Source: the human T2T-CHM13v2.0 reference genome, Homo sapiens
Assembly: GCF_009914755.1 (NCBI RefSeq)
Contig: NC_060929.1
Strand: one strand, 5' to 3'
DNA length: 64,000 bases
Shown here piece by piece: positions 26,277 through 38,789 of the stretch (positions within the stretch are counted from its first letter, which is position 1; each line of letters begins with the position of its first letter). Under the pieces are notes generated by a model that was not told the origin of the DNA, ran no database searches, and saw nothing but the letters and a program-made list of their open reading frames with translations. Made by a program: the position numbers and the translations under genes.

Positions 26277-26690
26277 TGTTATGGACTGCATGTTTGTACC
26301 CCATATTCCTACCAAATTCATATTTTGAAACCCTTTGTGATTGGTATCCCCAAGGTGATGTATGGTATTTGGAGATGGGGCCTTTGGGAGGTAATTACGT
26401 CATGAGTGTGGAAATCTAATGATAGAATTAGGGCCTTTATTGTAAAAGACACAGAGAACTTGCTTTCTCTTCTTCTCTCTTCCATGTGAGGATACAAGGA
26501 GATGCTGACCATCTACAAGCCAGGAAGAGGGCCCTCACCAGAACCTAACCATGCTGGTATCCTAAACTTGGACTTCCAGTATCTAGAACTGTGAGAGAGA
26601 GAAAAAAAATGCTTGCTATGTAAGCCACCAAATCTATGGTGATTTGTTATAGCATCATAAACAAGACATAAGACATAAACTGACCGAGAC
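26277..26690 (+). mobile_element. MLT1A-type MaLR solo LTR
   Basis: tgttatggactgcatgtttgt...ggggcctttgggaggtaatta...caagccaggaagagggccctcaccagaacc...ttgttatagca. Confidence 0.88.
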
Positions 26691-26849
26691 CACTATAATA
26701 ATAAATATTATCTGAATAATCTATTCTTTAGCCTTTTGTCTTGGCATCAGATGGGCACAGCTTAAAACACAGCTGGGGTAATAACTTTTTAAGTAAGAGA
26801 AGTAGTAAAGCAACTAAAAATAAAAATAATGTTAGGCTATATTGGGTAC

Positions 26850-27000
26850 AGAGAGCCAGAATTGGAATCTATTCTGCTCTTTGCTAAATACTGGCTTTGT
26901 GATTTAAGCAAATCTCTTCTCTAGAACTGATCCCGTCCCTTTAGACAATTGTGAGCACTGGATTAGATCATTTGTAAGGACCCTTTCAATAAAGGAGCTC
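26850..27000 (+). mobile_element. MIR3-like fragment
   Basis: tggctttgtgatttaagcaaatc...tggattagatcatttgtaaggaccctttca. Confidence 0.55.
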
Positions 27001-27977
27001 TTTCTAAATATGAATAGAAGATATTCTATCAGAAAAAGCTGTTAGAATATCATCTTACTAGCCAAAAAAAGGAGAATCAGGTTGACTCATTTACTGAACT
27101 AAAAACTCCATCTACTCTTCTAATTTATGCATTTGAATAAGAATTTTCATAATTCTGTTTCCTGTGACTTGTCAAATCATACACTATACAAAAACGTATT
27201 GACATAAGCTCCAGGTAAGCAGCAGAAAAAGAATCAATGCATTTTATATGCCAATCCTTTTAAATTGATCATTGTCCTCGTTCATCTCAGACAGTGAAAT
27301 GACTTACTTAGGATGAAGATATTTCCAACTAGGCAGGACATTTTTCCTGATTAAACTTTTCTTATAAAAACCAAGTGATTTTTATAAGAATTCCTGTTAC
27401 TTTTCCTTACATATTCTTTCACAGGCAAAAGATATTTTAATAAAAAAAATGCAACCTATACATCAAATATGAGTCATTGAATAAAACACAGCCACGCTGA
27501 CTTTGAATTATACTTATAAGGCAAGTAAAGTAGTTCATGGGCTCAAAGGAAATAGAGTTTATACCTAATTAAGTGGGAGAAGAGGGAAGAAGCAGGGATG
27601 CAGAATTATCTTCACAGGGAAATTTGTGTTTGAAATCAGCCTTAACAAATGAACAAAAAGGCAAAAAGCAAAGATAGAAAAGTATTCTAAGGAAAGGAGT
27701 CAGCATTGGGAAAAAAGATGGAAGAGAGAAAAGTACAGACAGGCGTCCTACTGTCTGCTTTCCACTTACACTTTCCCTTAATATTCACAAAATCTGAGTA
27801 TTATTAGCATAATTTTAAAGATGTGTAAACTAAGGTTCAGGCAAATAAACTTTTTTGTCCAATGTTACACACCATATTATTAACTGGTCTTAGGTTACAC
27901 ACCTAATAAATAAATAAATAAACAGCTCTCAAACCCTATTATGAAAAACTTCAAAACCATATTATGCTCATATAGTA

Positions 27978-28100
27978 ATTTATTCAAAAAGCATTTATTA
28001 AGCACTCACCAGGTATCAAAGACTATAGTTAAAACTAGTGATGCAATAGTCACTATCTATAAGGAGCCTGGGGACTCTTAGGCTGGGTGAGGAGACAGTG
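27978..28100 (-). mobile_element. L2 3' end fragment
   Basis: tttattcaaaaagcatttattaagcactcacc...ggagacag. Confidence 0.6.
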
Positions 28101-29075
28101 AGCTTCCCAGTTGATATGCAATAACCTTTGCCTACCTTTTTTACTTCCTGCACTGGTTTCTGCTCCACAAGGTACACTTTGAGTTCCTCCTCATAAGGAC
28201 CATTTAAACTGGTCCCTATTCTCCACTGAATCCTCTTTGCAACAAGGATTATTCCGGTACAAGTAGGAGCCCAGCACAGGGCTGTCTGGAAACAACAGCT
28301 AAGAGAAGGTCCTATCATGAAGATGCTTCCACTGACCCAGGAGGAAGCCCAGACCCAGTGTCTTAATCCTCAAGTTTCCTTCATTGACCTTGGGCACCTT
28401 GGATGTATGCTCAGGAGCAGAGGCATTCCAATATGTTCTTTCTTTTACCAGGGAGAGTTCACGACACCCAGGAAAGGTAGAGCTCCCCTTCTCCTTGCCT
28501 ACTGAAGCTCTTACAGGCAAGAGTTGAGTAATACCTCCTCATAGCTTTCTTCTCTTTTACCTTCTCTTTGTCTATAACAATGCATTCCCACCATTCCTTA
28601 CTTTCATTCTTCTTGATGTGCTAAAACATGAAACAAACTGCCCTTATTCTCAGGAATTCAAAAGTAGACAAGCTATTTTGTTTTCTAGCATTGCAAAGCT
28701 TACGCATCTCCTCCACTGTGAGGGAGCTTCTTACTGCATGCTGAAATTAGTTTATGCCCCAGAGTGTTTTGAGCCATTTCTCTGGGCCGCAAATAAGACT
28801 TGTCCATAGGTTTGAACACTGAGCATAAGGAATATCCAGGCCTCAGGGGCTAGTGATAAAATATAAAGGTGCTTCAAGTTTTAGATGACCGTTACCAGGG
28901 TTGATTTCCATAGAACATTTCCCTGAAGTACAGTTATTAATTGGATAGAAAGCCAAATTATCTCATGTTATCTTCATCTGAAGGTTAGAAGAAGAAATGC
29001 CTTAACAAGAGACTAGGAAAAGATGACATCAACTGAGTATTTGATAAGACATACACACATACACACAAACACACT

Positions 29076-29532
29076 TTTATTTTTTATTTTTTATACTTTA
29101 AGTTCTAGGGTACATGTGCACAACGTGCAGGTTTGTTACATATGTATACATGTGCCATGTTGGTGTGCTGCACACATTAACTCGTCATTTACATTAGGTC
29201 TACCTCCTACTGCTATCCCTCCCCCCTCCTCCCACCCCACGACATGCCCCAGTGTGTGATGTTCCCCGCCCTGTGTCCAAGTGTTCTTATTGTTCAATTC
29301 CCACCTATGAGTGAGAACAAGCAGTGTTTGGTTTTCTATCCTTGCAATAGTTTGCTCAGAATGATGGTTTCCAGCTTCATCCATGTCCCTATAAAGGACT
29401 TGAACTCATCCTTTTTTATGGCTGCCTAGTATTCCATGGTGTATATGTGCCACATTTTCTTAATCCAGTGTATCATTGATGGACATTTTGGTTGATTCCA
29501 AGTCTTTGCTATTGTGAATAGTGCCGCAGTAA

Positions 29533-29537
<5 letters not shown>
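29076..29537 (-). mobile_element. 5'-truncated L1PA (PA5-like)
   Basis: tttttatactttaagttctagggtacatgtgcacaacg...gctattgtgaatagtgccgcagtaaacata; both flanks are AC-rich. Confidence 0.93.

Positions 29538-29565
<28 letters not shown>
29537..29565. repeat. (AC)n microsatellite
   Basis: Read directly. Confidence 0.95.
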
Positions 29566-29568
<3 letters not shown>

Positions 29569-29789
29569 TTTCAATCTGTTATAATGGCAAATATCTTACT
29601 GTTCATGTTTTTCTGTTCTACTTTTCAGGGTAATGGGGTAGGCAATTAATATTTCTTTTAGAATATAAAGAGTATTTACAGATGGCTGGAAATAGGAGTA
29701 GAGGCAGTCTATATCCTAAAAAAGAATTGATTCAAATTTTCGTCTTTATTCCCTTAGGTGAAGTTTATGTCACGTTTTAAAATTCTATA

Positions 29790-32700
29790 GGATGCAGGGA
29801 GAGAGTAAGTGGAAGACATCTAAGCTTCCACATTCCCACCGTGATCTTTTATAATCCTAGCTACTAGAAAACCCCTCAGCACTTGGGGTCTCAAGACTAA
29901 CATAGGGAGCTGGCTAGAGATTGCACAGAGGCATTGCTTCAGAGAAGGAGCCCACACTGTGACCCATAGGCCCCTGCCCTTGAACAGCTGGAGCACGGCA
30001 CCATTCAGAAAGTCCAGCTCACACAGAACTGCTTCCCGCCCTGGGACTGACAACACCACTGCTGCTACCAGGCCAAGGAGGGAGAGGAAAGGCCAGGCAC
30101 TTTTACACACTCCAAGGGAAAACCCAGTGCTGCTGCTGTGGGTTGCTGTGTAACTAAGGAGTGAGCAAACCACATGTCCCTTAGCCGCCTGCCTACACTG
30201 CTGGCACCGAAAGTGGCCCCGCCCTACCCCCAGGGCAGGCCTGCTGTGCAGTTGCTGCTGCCTCTACCTGAGCATTCTGCTAGCAGCCTGGGAACTGCCC
30301 CACTCCTGCCTATCACAACCAGCACTTGCACACACCACCAGAGGCCTGAGGACAAGTCCACCTGCCTGGTCCTGTCACCCAAATATTTGAACATGCTGTC
30401 CAGGGGCCTGGAGATTGGCCAGTCTAGTCCACCACCCTTAGCATGTAAGCACTTCTGGAATCTGAGGTCAGGCTGACCCAACCTGTAATATCACCACAAC
30501 TGGCACCCACCTGCCTGTGCCACCTGCTCCCTGGCCCACCCACGCCATTGCAGCTACTGCCAGCACCAGCTGAAAGCTCTTAGGTTCCAGTACATAGTTC
30601 CACCACTGCTACTGCCATTGTTCATATCATGCTCACTGCCCAGGAGCCCAAGGAACCACCAAGACACTTGGTTCACCACTGCCACTATGAGCAGCCAAGC
30701 AAGCCTCCTGGAGGCCTAACAATCAGCCTGCCTGGACCCACTAACACTAGAGCCAGCACACACTGCTCCAGGGCTCAGGGACAGGCTTGCTCACTGCTGC
30801 AAACATGAGGCCCAAAGACTGGCCCATCTGGCATTCCAGTCCCCAGCAAAACTTCACCATAGCCTCCATTAATAACTGCACTCTAAGCCACTGAAAAAAA
30901 TCACAGATACCATGGATGCTATATACAGCTGAAGAAATCATGCTGAGACTACACTACTGCATACAACCAAAATAGAAGTCAAAGAGGACTAAACAACCAA
31001 CATCATAGATAGAGCTTTAGAAAAAGTACTCCCCTATGAAAGCAAATTTTAAAAATTAGAAAAAGTAACTGTTACACTGGATGCAGAGATATCAATGTAA
31101 GGACACAGGAAACAAGAAAAAGCAAGAAAATGAAAAACAATCCACTCAAAAGAAAAACAATTTTCCAGTATATCCCCATCAAAAAGACTTGTGAAATCTG
31201 GATAAAGAATTCAAAACACTGATTTTAAATAAGCTCAGTGAGATACAAGAAAATGCTAAAAAAAAAAAAAAAAAAAAAAGAAAAAAGGAAAAGAAATCAG
31301 GAAATCATTTCAGAACACGAATGAGAAATTTACCAAAAAGATTTTAAGAATGAACCAGGGAAGATATTCTGGAACTAAAGAATTCATTGAAGAAAATACA
31401 AAGTACATTTAAAGCATAAACAACAGACTAGATCAAGCAGATGAAACAATCTCAGAACTTGAAGACAAGTCTTTTGAAATAGTCCAATCAGACAAAGATA
31501 AAGAAAAAAGAATTTAAAAAATGATTGAAGCCTCCATGACATTTGGAACAACATAAAGTGACCAGATACTCAAATTATCAGTGCTCCCAAGAGTGAAGAG
31601 AGAAGAAAAGAGTTAGAAAATCTATTTAACAAAATAACAAGTGAAAATTTCCCAAGTAGAACAGGGATGAGATATCCAAATACAGGAGGCCCAGAGATTT
31701 CCAAACAGATACAATGAAAAAAGGTATTCTTCAGGGCAGATTATAGTCAAACAGTCTAAAGTAAACAAAGAAAAAAAAATTTCTAAAAATAGCAACAGGA
31801 ACTATCAAGGAACCTCCATCAGACTAATAGCAAGTTTCTCAGCAAAAGCCTTACAAGCCAGCAAAAGATGGAATGACATTTTTAAAGAGCTGAAACAATA
31901 AAAATGCCACCCAAGAATACTATATCCAGCAAAATTATCCTTCAGAAATAAAAAAGAATTAAAGTTCCAGACAAGCAAATAATGAGAGAATTCATCAGCA
32001 TTAGACCAATCCTACAAAAATTGCTCAAGGGAGTTCTACAACTAGAAGCAAAAGTACATTTACCATCCCCAAAGCACATGAAAATATAAAGCTCACTAGT
32101 AAATCAAATATACAAATGAGGAAGAGAAAGAGATCAAATGGTACCACTACAGGAAACCACAAAACCACAATGACAAAGAATAAAAGAAAAGGAAAGAACA
32201 ACAAAATAGCCAGAAAACAACTAGCAATATGACAGAAACAGAATGTCGCATATCAGTAAATAACCTTGAGTATAAATGGGTTGAACTTTCGACTTAAAAG
32301 ATATACACTGGATAAATGGATTAAAAAAAAAACATGATCCACCTATATGTTGCCTGCAAGAAATGCATTTTAGCTGTAAAGACACATATAGACTCAAAGT
32401 AAAGTAAGAGAAAAATATATTCCTTACAAACAGAAACTACAAGCAAGCAGGAGTAGCTATACTTATATAATTCAGATAAAATATATTTTTAGACAAAAAC
32501 TTTAAGAAGATACAAAGAAGATCATTATGTAATGATAAAGGGATCAATTCAGCAAGAGGATATAGTATTGCAAATATATATGCATCCAACACCGGAGCAC
32601 CCAGGTATATGAAGGAAATATTACAAGACCTAAAGAGAAAGACCCCAATACAATAATAGCTTGGGACTTCAACACCCCGCTTTCAGATTTTGACAGATCA

Positions 32701-35688
32701 TCTGGACAGAAAGTCAACAAAGAAACATCAGACTTAGTTTATACTGTAGACCAAATAGACCTACTAGACATTTATAGAACATTTTATTCAATAGCTGCAG
32801 AATACACATTCTTCTCCTCAGCACATGAAACATTTCCCAGGACAGCCCATATGTTTGACTACAAAACAAGTCTCAAAAAAATTCAAAAAATAGAATTGAA
32901 ATTATATCAAACATCTTTTCTGAACATAATGAAATAAAACTAGAAATCAATAACAAGTAGAACTTTGAAAACTATACATGAAAATTAAACAACATGCTCC
33001 TGAACAAGCACTTAGTCTTTGAAGAACTTCAGAAGGAAATTAAAAAATTTCTTCAAACAAATGAAAATGAAACACAACATACCTAAACTGGTAGGAAACA
33101 GCAAAAGCAGTGCTAAATGGAAATTTATAACAATAAACATCTACCTCAAAAAGTAGAAAGATATCAGACAACAGAAATAATATAATGCACATCAAGGAAC
33201 TAGGAAAGCAGGGACAAAACAAACCCCAATGTAGCAGGAGGAAAGAAAAAGATCAGAGCAGAGATAAATGAAACAGATACTAAAAAACAACACAAAACAT
33301 CAATATAACAAAAAGTTGGTTATAAAAAATAAAAATAATAAATTGCTAGCAAGACTAAGAAAAAAGGAAAGATGACAAATAAAATCAGAAATCATATGAT
33401 CATCTTGTTGATACAGAAAATTTACTTGATAAAATCCAATATCCTTGTATGATAAAAACTCTCAACAAATTAGGAATCGAAGAAACATACTCAAAATAAT
33501 AAAGGCCACACAGGACAAACCCACAGTTAACATACTGAATGGGGGAAAGCTGAAAGCCTTTCCTCTAAATGCAAGAAAAGAAAATTAAAGGCATCCAAAC
33601 TGAAAAAGAATAAGTCGAGTTGTCCTTTTTTGCTTACAACATAATCTTACATCAAGCAAAACGGAAAGACTCTGAAAAAACTCCTAGATTTCATAAATAA
33701 ATTCAGTAAGTTTGCATGATACAAACTCAACGTACAAAAATTAGTAGTTTTTATATATCAATAATGAATTAGCTGAGAAACAAAAAAGTTAATCCCATAT
33801 ATAATAGTGACAAAAAATAAAATACCTAAAAATAAATTTTAACCAAAAAGGTAAAATACCTCTACCAAAAAACAAACAAACAAAAAACACCTCAAAACAC
33901 TAAAATTGAAGAGTATACAAACAAATGGAAAGATATCTCATGCTCATGGGTTAGAAGAATTACATTAAAGTGATCCTATTGCCCAAAGCAATCTACAAGT
34001 TCATTGTAATCCCCCATCAAAATACCAATACCATTTTTCATAGAAATAGAGAAAACAATCCTAAAATTCATATAGAACCAAAAAAGAACTAGAATGGCCA
34101 AAGTAATGCTGATAAAAAAAGAATGAAGCTGGGGGCATCCTACTATCGGACTCCAAAATATATTACAAAGCTATAGTAAACAAAACAGCATGGTGTTGGC
34201 ATAAAATATATGCATAGACCAATACAACAGAATAGTGATTCAATAAATCCATGTATTCACAGTCAACTGATTTTTGACAAAGGCAGCAACATTCACTGGG
34301 CAGAGGACGCCCTCTTCACTAAGTGGTGCTGGGAAAATTAAGAGAACCATATGCAGAAGAATAAAACTGGACCCCTACTACTCCTCATAAACAAAATTCA
34401 ACTCAATATGGATTAAAGACTTAATCATTAAGTCTTCTTAATGTTAATCATTAAAGTTAATAAAATTTAAATCAGTGTTTGCATAAAACTTCTAGAAAAA
34501 AATATAGGAAAAAAGACTTCAAGACTTCAGTCTAGGCAAAGATATCATGGCTAAGACCTCAAAAGTAAAGACATCAAAGGAAACAGTCAACAAAGTGAAA
34601 TGACAACCCGTTGAATGAGAGAATATATTTGCAAACAATGTATCTAGGGACAAGTGACTAATATCCAGAATATATGAGGAACTCAAACAACTCACACTAA
34701 AAACATAAATAATCCCATTAACAAGTGGACAAAAGATACAATCAAACATTTCTCAAAAGAAGACATATAAATGACCGTCAGGAATATGAAGAAGTGCTCA
34801 ACATTGCTAAGCACTGGGGAAACCCAAATCAAAATCACAATGAGGTATAATCTCACCCCAGTTAGAATGGCTATTATTGCAAAGACAAAATAATAGCAAG
34901 TGCTGGTCAGGATGTGGAGAAAAAGTAACTCATACACTGCCAGTGGCAGTGTAAATTAGTAAAACCGCTCTGGAAAATGGTACAGAGATTTCTCAAAAAA
35001 ACAAATATTGAACTGCCATACAATCCAGCAATTCCACTACTGGGTATTTATCCAAAGAAAAAGAAATATATTTTTCAAAAAGATACCTGAACTCCTATGT
35101 TTATTGGAGCACTATTCACAATGGCAAAGATATGGAATCAACCTAGTTGACCATCAGTGGACAAACAGAAAGACAATATGGTATATACACACAATGAAAT
35201 ACTATCCAGTCATAAAAATGAATGAAATCATGTCATTTTCAGCAACACGGATGGAACTGGAGGTCATTATGTTGAGTGACAGAAAGACAGATACCACATG
35301 TTCTTCCACATGGAAGCTAAAAAAGTCAATCTAATTGAGACAGAGAATCAAATTATAGATACCAGAGGGTGGGTAGGATGTGTGAATGGGAATGAGGATC
35401 AAGAGAGATTGATTAGTGAGTACAAATATATCAAATATATAATTAGATAGAAGAAACAAGTCCCAATAATCAATAACAGAGTAAGATGACTATAGTTAGC
35501 AACAGTATACTTTATATTTCAAAGTAGCTAAACCAGAAGACTTGGAATGTTACCAACACATAAAAATGACAAATACTCAAGGTGATGGATACCTCAAATA
35601 CCCTAGCTTGATTATTACACATTCTATGCATGTAGCAAATACATGTACCCCATAAATATGTAAAATACATTGTGTCAATACAAATTTC
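29790..35688 (+). mobile_element. Near-full-length decayed L1MA4-type element (5'UTR, ORF1 ~31100-32050, ORF2 from ~32230, 3'UTR) with internal deletions
   Basis: GC-richer 5'UTR; ORF1-like cccaagaatactatatccagcaaaattatcc; endonuclease-like gggacttcaacacccc; TSD aaaattctata (29779-29789) / aaaaatctata (35689-35699) at a TTTT/AA site. Confidence 0.92.
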
Positions 35689-37852
35689 AAAAATCTATAT
35701 AATTCTTTCTTCCTAATTAATTTATGAATATATGTTGTAAGCATGTGATATATTTTGGTTGCTAGAGTTGCACTGGACTTACAGAAAATCAAAGTCACAA
35801 ATCCCCTCAGCAACTGCCTAAAAAATGTCTTAAATGTTATCAGCTTTAAATGTTGCAAAGCTGTGTTTATTTGGCTTGTAATTTTGAATATATCCCAAAT
35901 GACAAATTAAGAGCTATTAAACCCTGGCTTAATAGCCAGGGTTTGAGTCCCTCTTATGAGTCTATTCTTCTATCAAAATAGAAAGGGACCCAACTGCTCA
36001 AAGACATAAGGTTTGCTTTATCTCAAACAAACATAGCTAGAACTTTGGAAATGAGAAAGAAGCAACATTTTCTGGAAAGGCTTAACATTTTATTACCAGT
36101 GAGTATATTTGCTTTGGAAAAACCTTTCAACTGAACAATGGTTTCCATTATCCTGAGCCTTTGGTTTTCCTCTAAATCCTCTTTTGTAGGCATTTCTTAG
36201 CTCTCTCAACACTGCTTGACAGTTTTGTTATTTTAGTTTGATTTTCTGCAATTCTACTTCTCTGCTGTCTGGATGATTTTATTATTTGCCATATTCTCTC
36301 TTTCAGATTGGGAGTCTTATTCTGGTTTTGGCTTGCCAGAGTTTTGGCAAGCTACTGCTATAAAATACAAGAGATTTGGAAGCTATGCAGATGGCAAATG
36401 TAGTGTTGTATGCTTTCATTCATGATGGGCTTCCGTCTTTTTTATAACAGGCAGGAAAACTGCCAGCTCTTATTCCCTGTGCCCGCTTCTGACATATTTA
36501 AGCAAGATTGTGGTAATGATTTGCAGGACTGCAGGCTTTTTAGTTGGGGTACACTCTGGTGGTTGGAATTTAAAGGAAAAAGTTTCCATTGATACTTAGC
36601 ATTGATTTTCTTACATTTGTTTTCTATATTAATGACTCCATTTACCTTTGAAGTTAACATTTTTCCTTTAGAAGAGTTAAAAGATTACCTAATATTTTCT
36701 TTGGTTTTTATTGTTTGTTTTTCCCCAAAGCTAGTACTCATGATAACAATGAAATTTATTTATGTTTTTGAAAGAACATCTTGCCAAGCATTACCACTAA
36801 AATAATAAGATCTACTCTCTCAATAGTAATTTAATAAACCTGTTTCTGGAAATGACTTTTGGAAAAGAGAAGCATTCATTTCAGCTCATTAGATCCATGA
36901 GCTTAAGCTTAGATAAATAATTCCTGTTCAGAAAAGGTAGGACAATTTTGCCACAACATAGCTTGGATATTTACGATGCTCTGGTAAATCAAAGGTGTGA
37001 AAAGTGCAATCTTATGCAAAAAATGAAATATTGACTGGCATTGTTAATAAAAGTACATTTTTCCATCATATAACTATGGCACTGTAATAACCAAAAATAA
37101 TTAAGTCTTCCCAGTGCCTCAGTTTCCCTTGATTATGCCTTTTTTCTCTCGTAGGGAGATGTGTTGGGGAAAATATTCTAATTAATTTCTATACAACTTA
37201 AAAGCTCAGGACAGGAATATACAAGCATCAGCACAAGTAAAACAGGCCTTCACAAATATAGCTTTGTTAATATAAATTAATATATTGTATCAACATATCA
37301 AATTTTATTCTGTCATATTATATGATGTCTTTTAATTTATGGATTCTACTATAAAAAGGCACACAATTTTGCTCCCGGTCACACATAAATAATATGACAA
37401 ATAAGCAACTGGTCTGATTCTAATCTCCCCTGCAGCCCTAAATATTATGTCCTCCCTCAATAGAAATCTGAATCAGTAGGAATTCTGAATGCAAAATTAA
37501 TGGAGTTCTAACCATGAAAAACAAAAATAAGGGTTTCAGATATCCCAGGAGAGTTCCAATACCTAATCCAGAACTTGGCCAAGTCAATTCTTCACCACAG
37601 AGGATTCTGCCTTTGTAACAAGGCATTTGCTTTCCTGGTCCTCCCTACAGAATGCCAATAATGTCTTTCCCCTCAGTTAAAAGGTCAGAAAAAAAAATAT
37701 CCCTAACCACTCCCACATACCACATGGATGGCAAGATACTGACAACCTCCATTTGAGAACCACTGCACACACAATATTGGCTTGGAAATTCGACAAACCT
37801 AGAACTCCAAAGAGACAAAGACAATTCTGTTACACATTAAATACTGAGTTCA

Positions 37853-38156
<304 letters not shown>

Positions 38157-38789
38157 AAATACTGAGTTCAACCAAAGGACCTGTATGTGTTTTAGACAAT
38201 TTTTCTGTTGTATAGGATGTATGGACTGCCTTTTGCATTATTAAATCTACAATTTATTTACCTTGATCAAAAAGTCAAAAAGAATCATGCAGACACAAAC
38301 AAAAGGTAAAGAAAATAAAGCTAAGTATCAATTTTTTTCTTGGATTCAGATGCTTTTCAATTAGTAGAGAATCTGTGTCTGCTTTTATTTAACTGTATAT
38401 ACAGGTCAATTAAAACTGAAATAAGGAGATTGTAATACAAAGGCTAAGGCTTACCTGACCCTAAGACCACCTTATTTGTAAATTAGAATTTATGACTAGA
38501 AGTATTTTATTATGAGGTAATAGATTCAGTAGAGTCAAATGAAAGTATTATCAGCTTCATTTAAAATTGTCTGATAAAAAGAATATAAACAAATATTTAT
38601 AAAGTAATAGGGATAGGTTTACTGACTTATGTATATTTTTCAGCAAAAACTTACCATGACAAAGACATTCATCAACTCCATATTAACCAAAGTACATATT
38701 TCAAGTTAGAAAGTTTAGCCTACTTGCCATTATAACTAAAGTGTGTGCCCATAATATACCATGTTTTATTAAATGATTTTTTTATGAAA

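Noticed and set aside
28016-28318. 100-aa minus-strand ORF with a protein-like stretch (GPYEEELKVYLVEQKPVQEVKK) and a donor at 28136
   Set aside because: No good acceptor, no recognised family, and the distal part runs into L2.
28452-28476. 25-nt plus-strand micro-exon candidate
   Set aside because: Weak donor (GTAGAG), frame-shifting length, no other support.
29820-30941. Several overlapping 60-117 aa ORFs
   Set aside because: All lie in the GC-richer L1 5'UTR, where stop codons are rarer.
36329-36354. 8-bp hairpin GCTTGCCA-n6-TGGCAAGC (similar case at 19087-19110)
   Set aside because: Arms this short are expected by chance in 64 kb.
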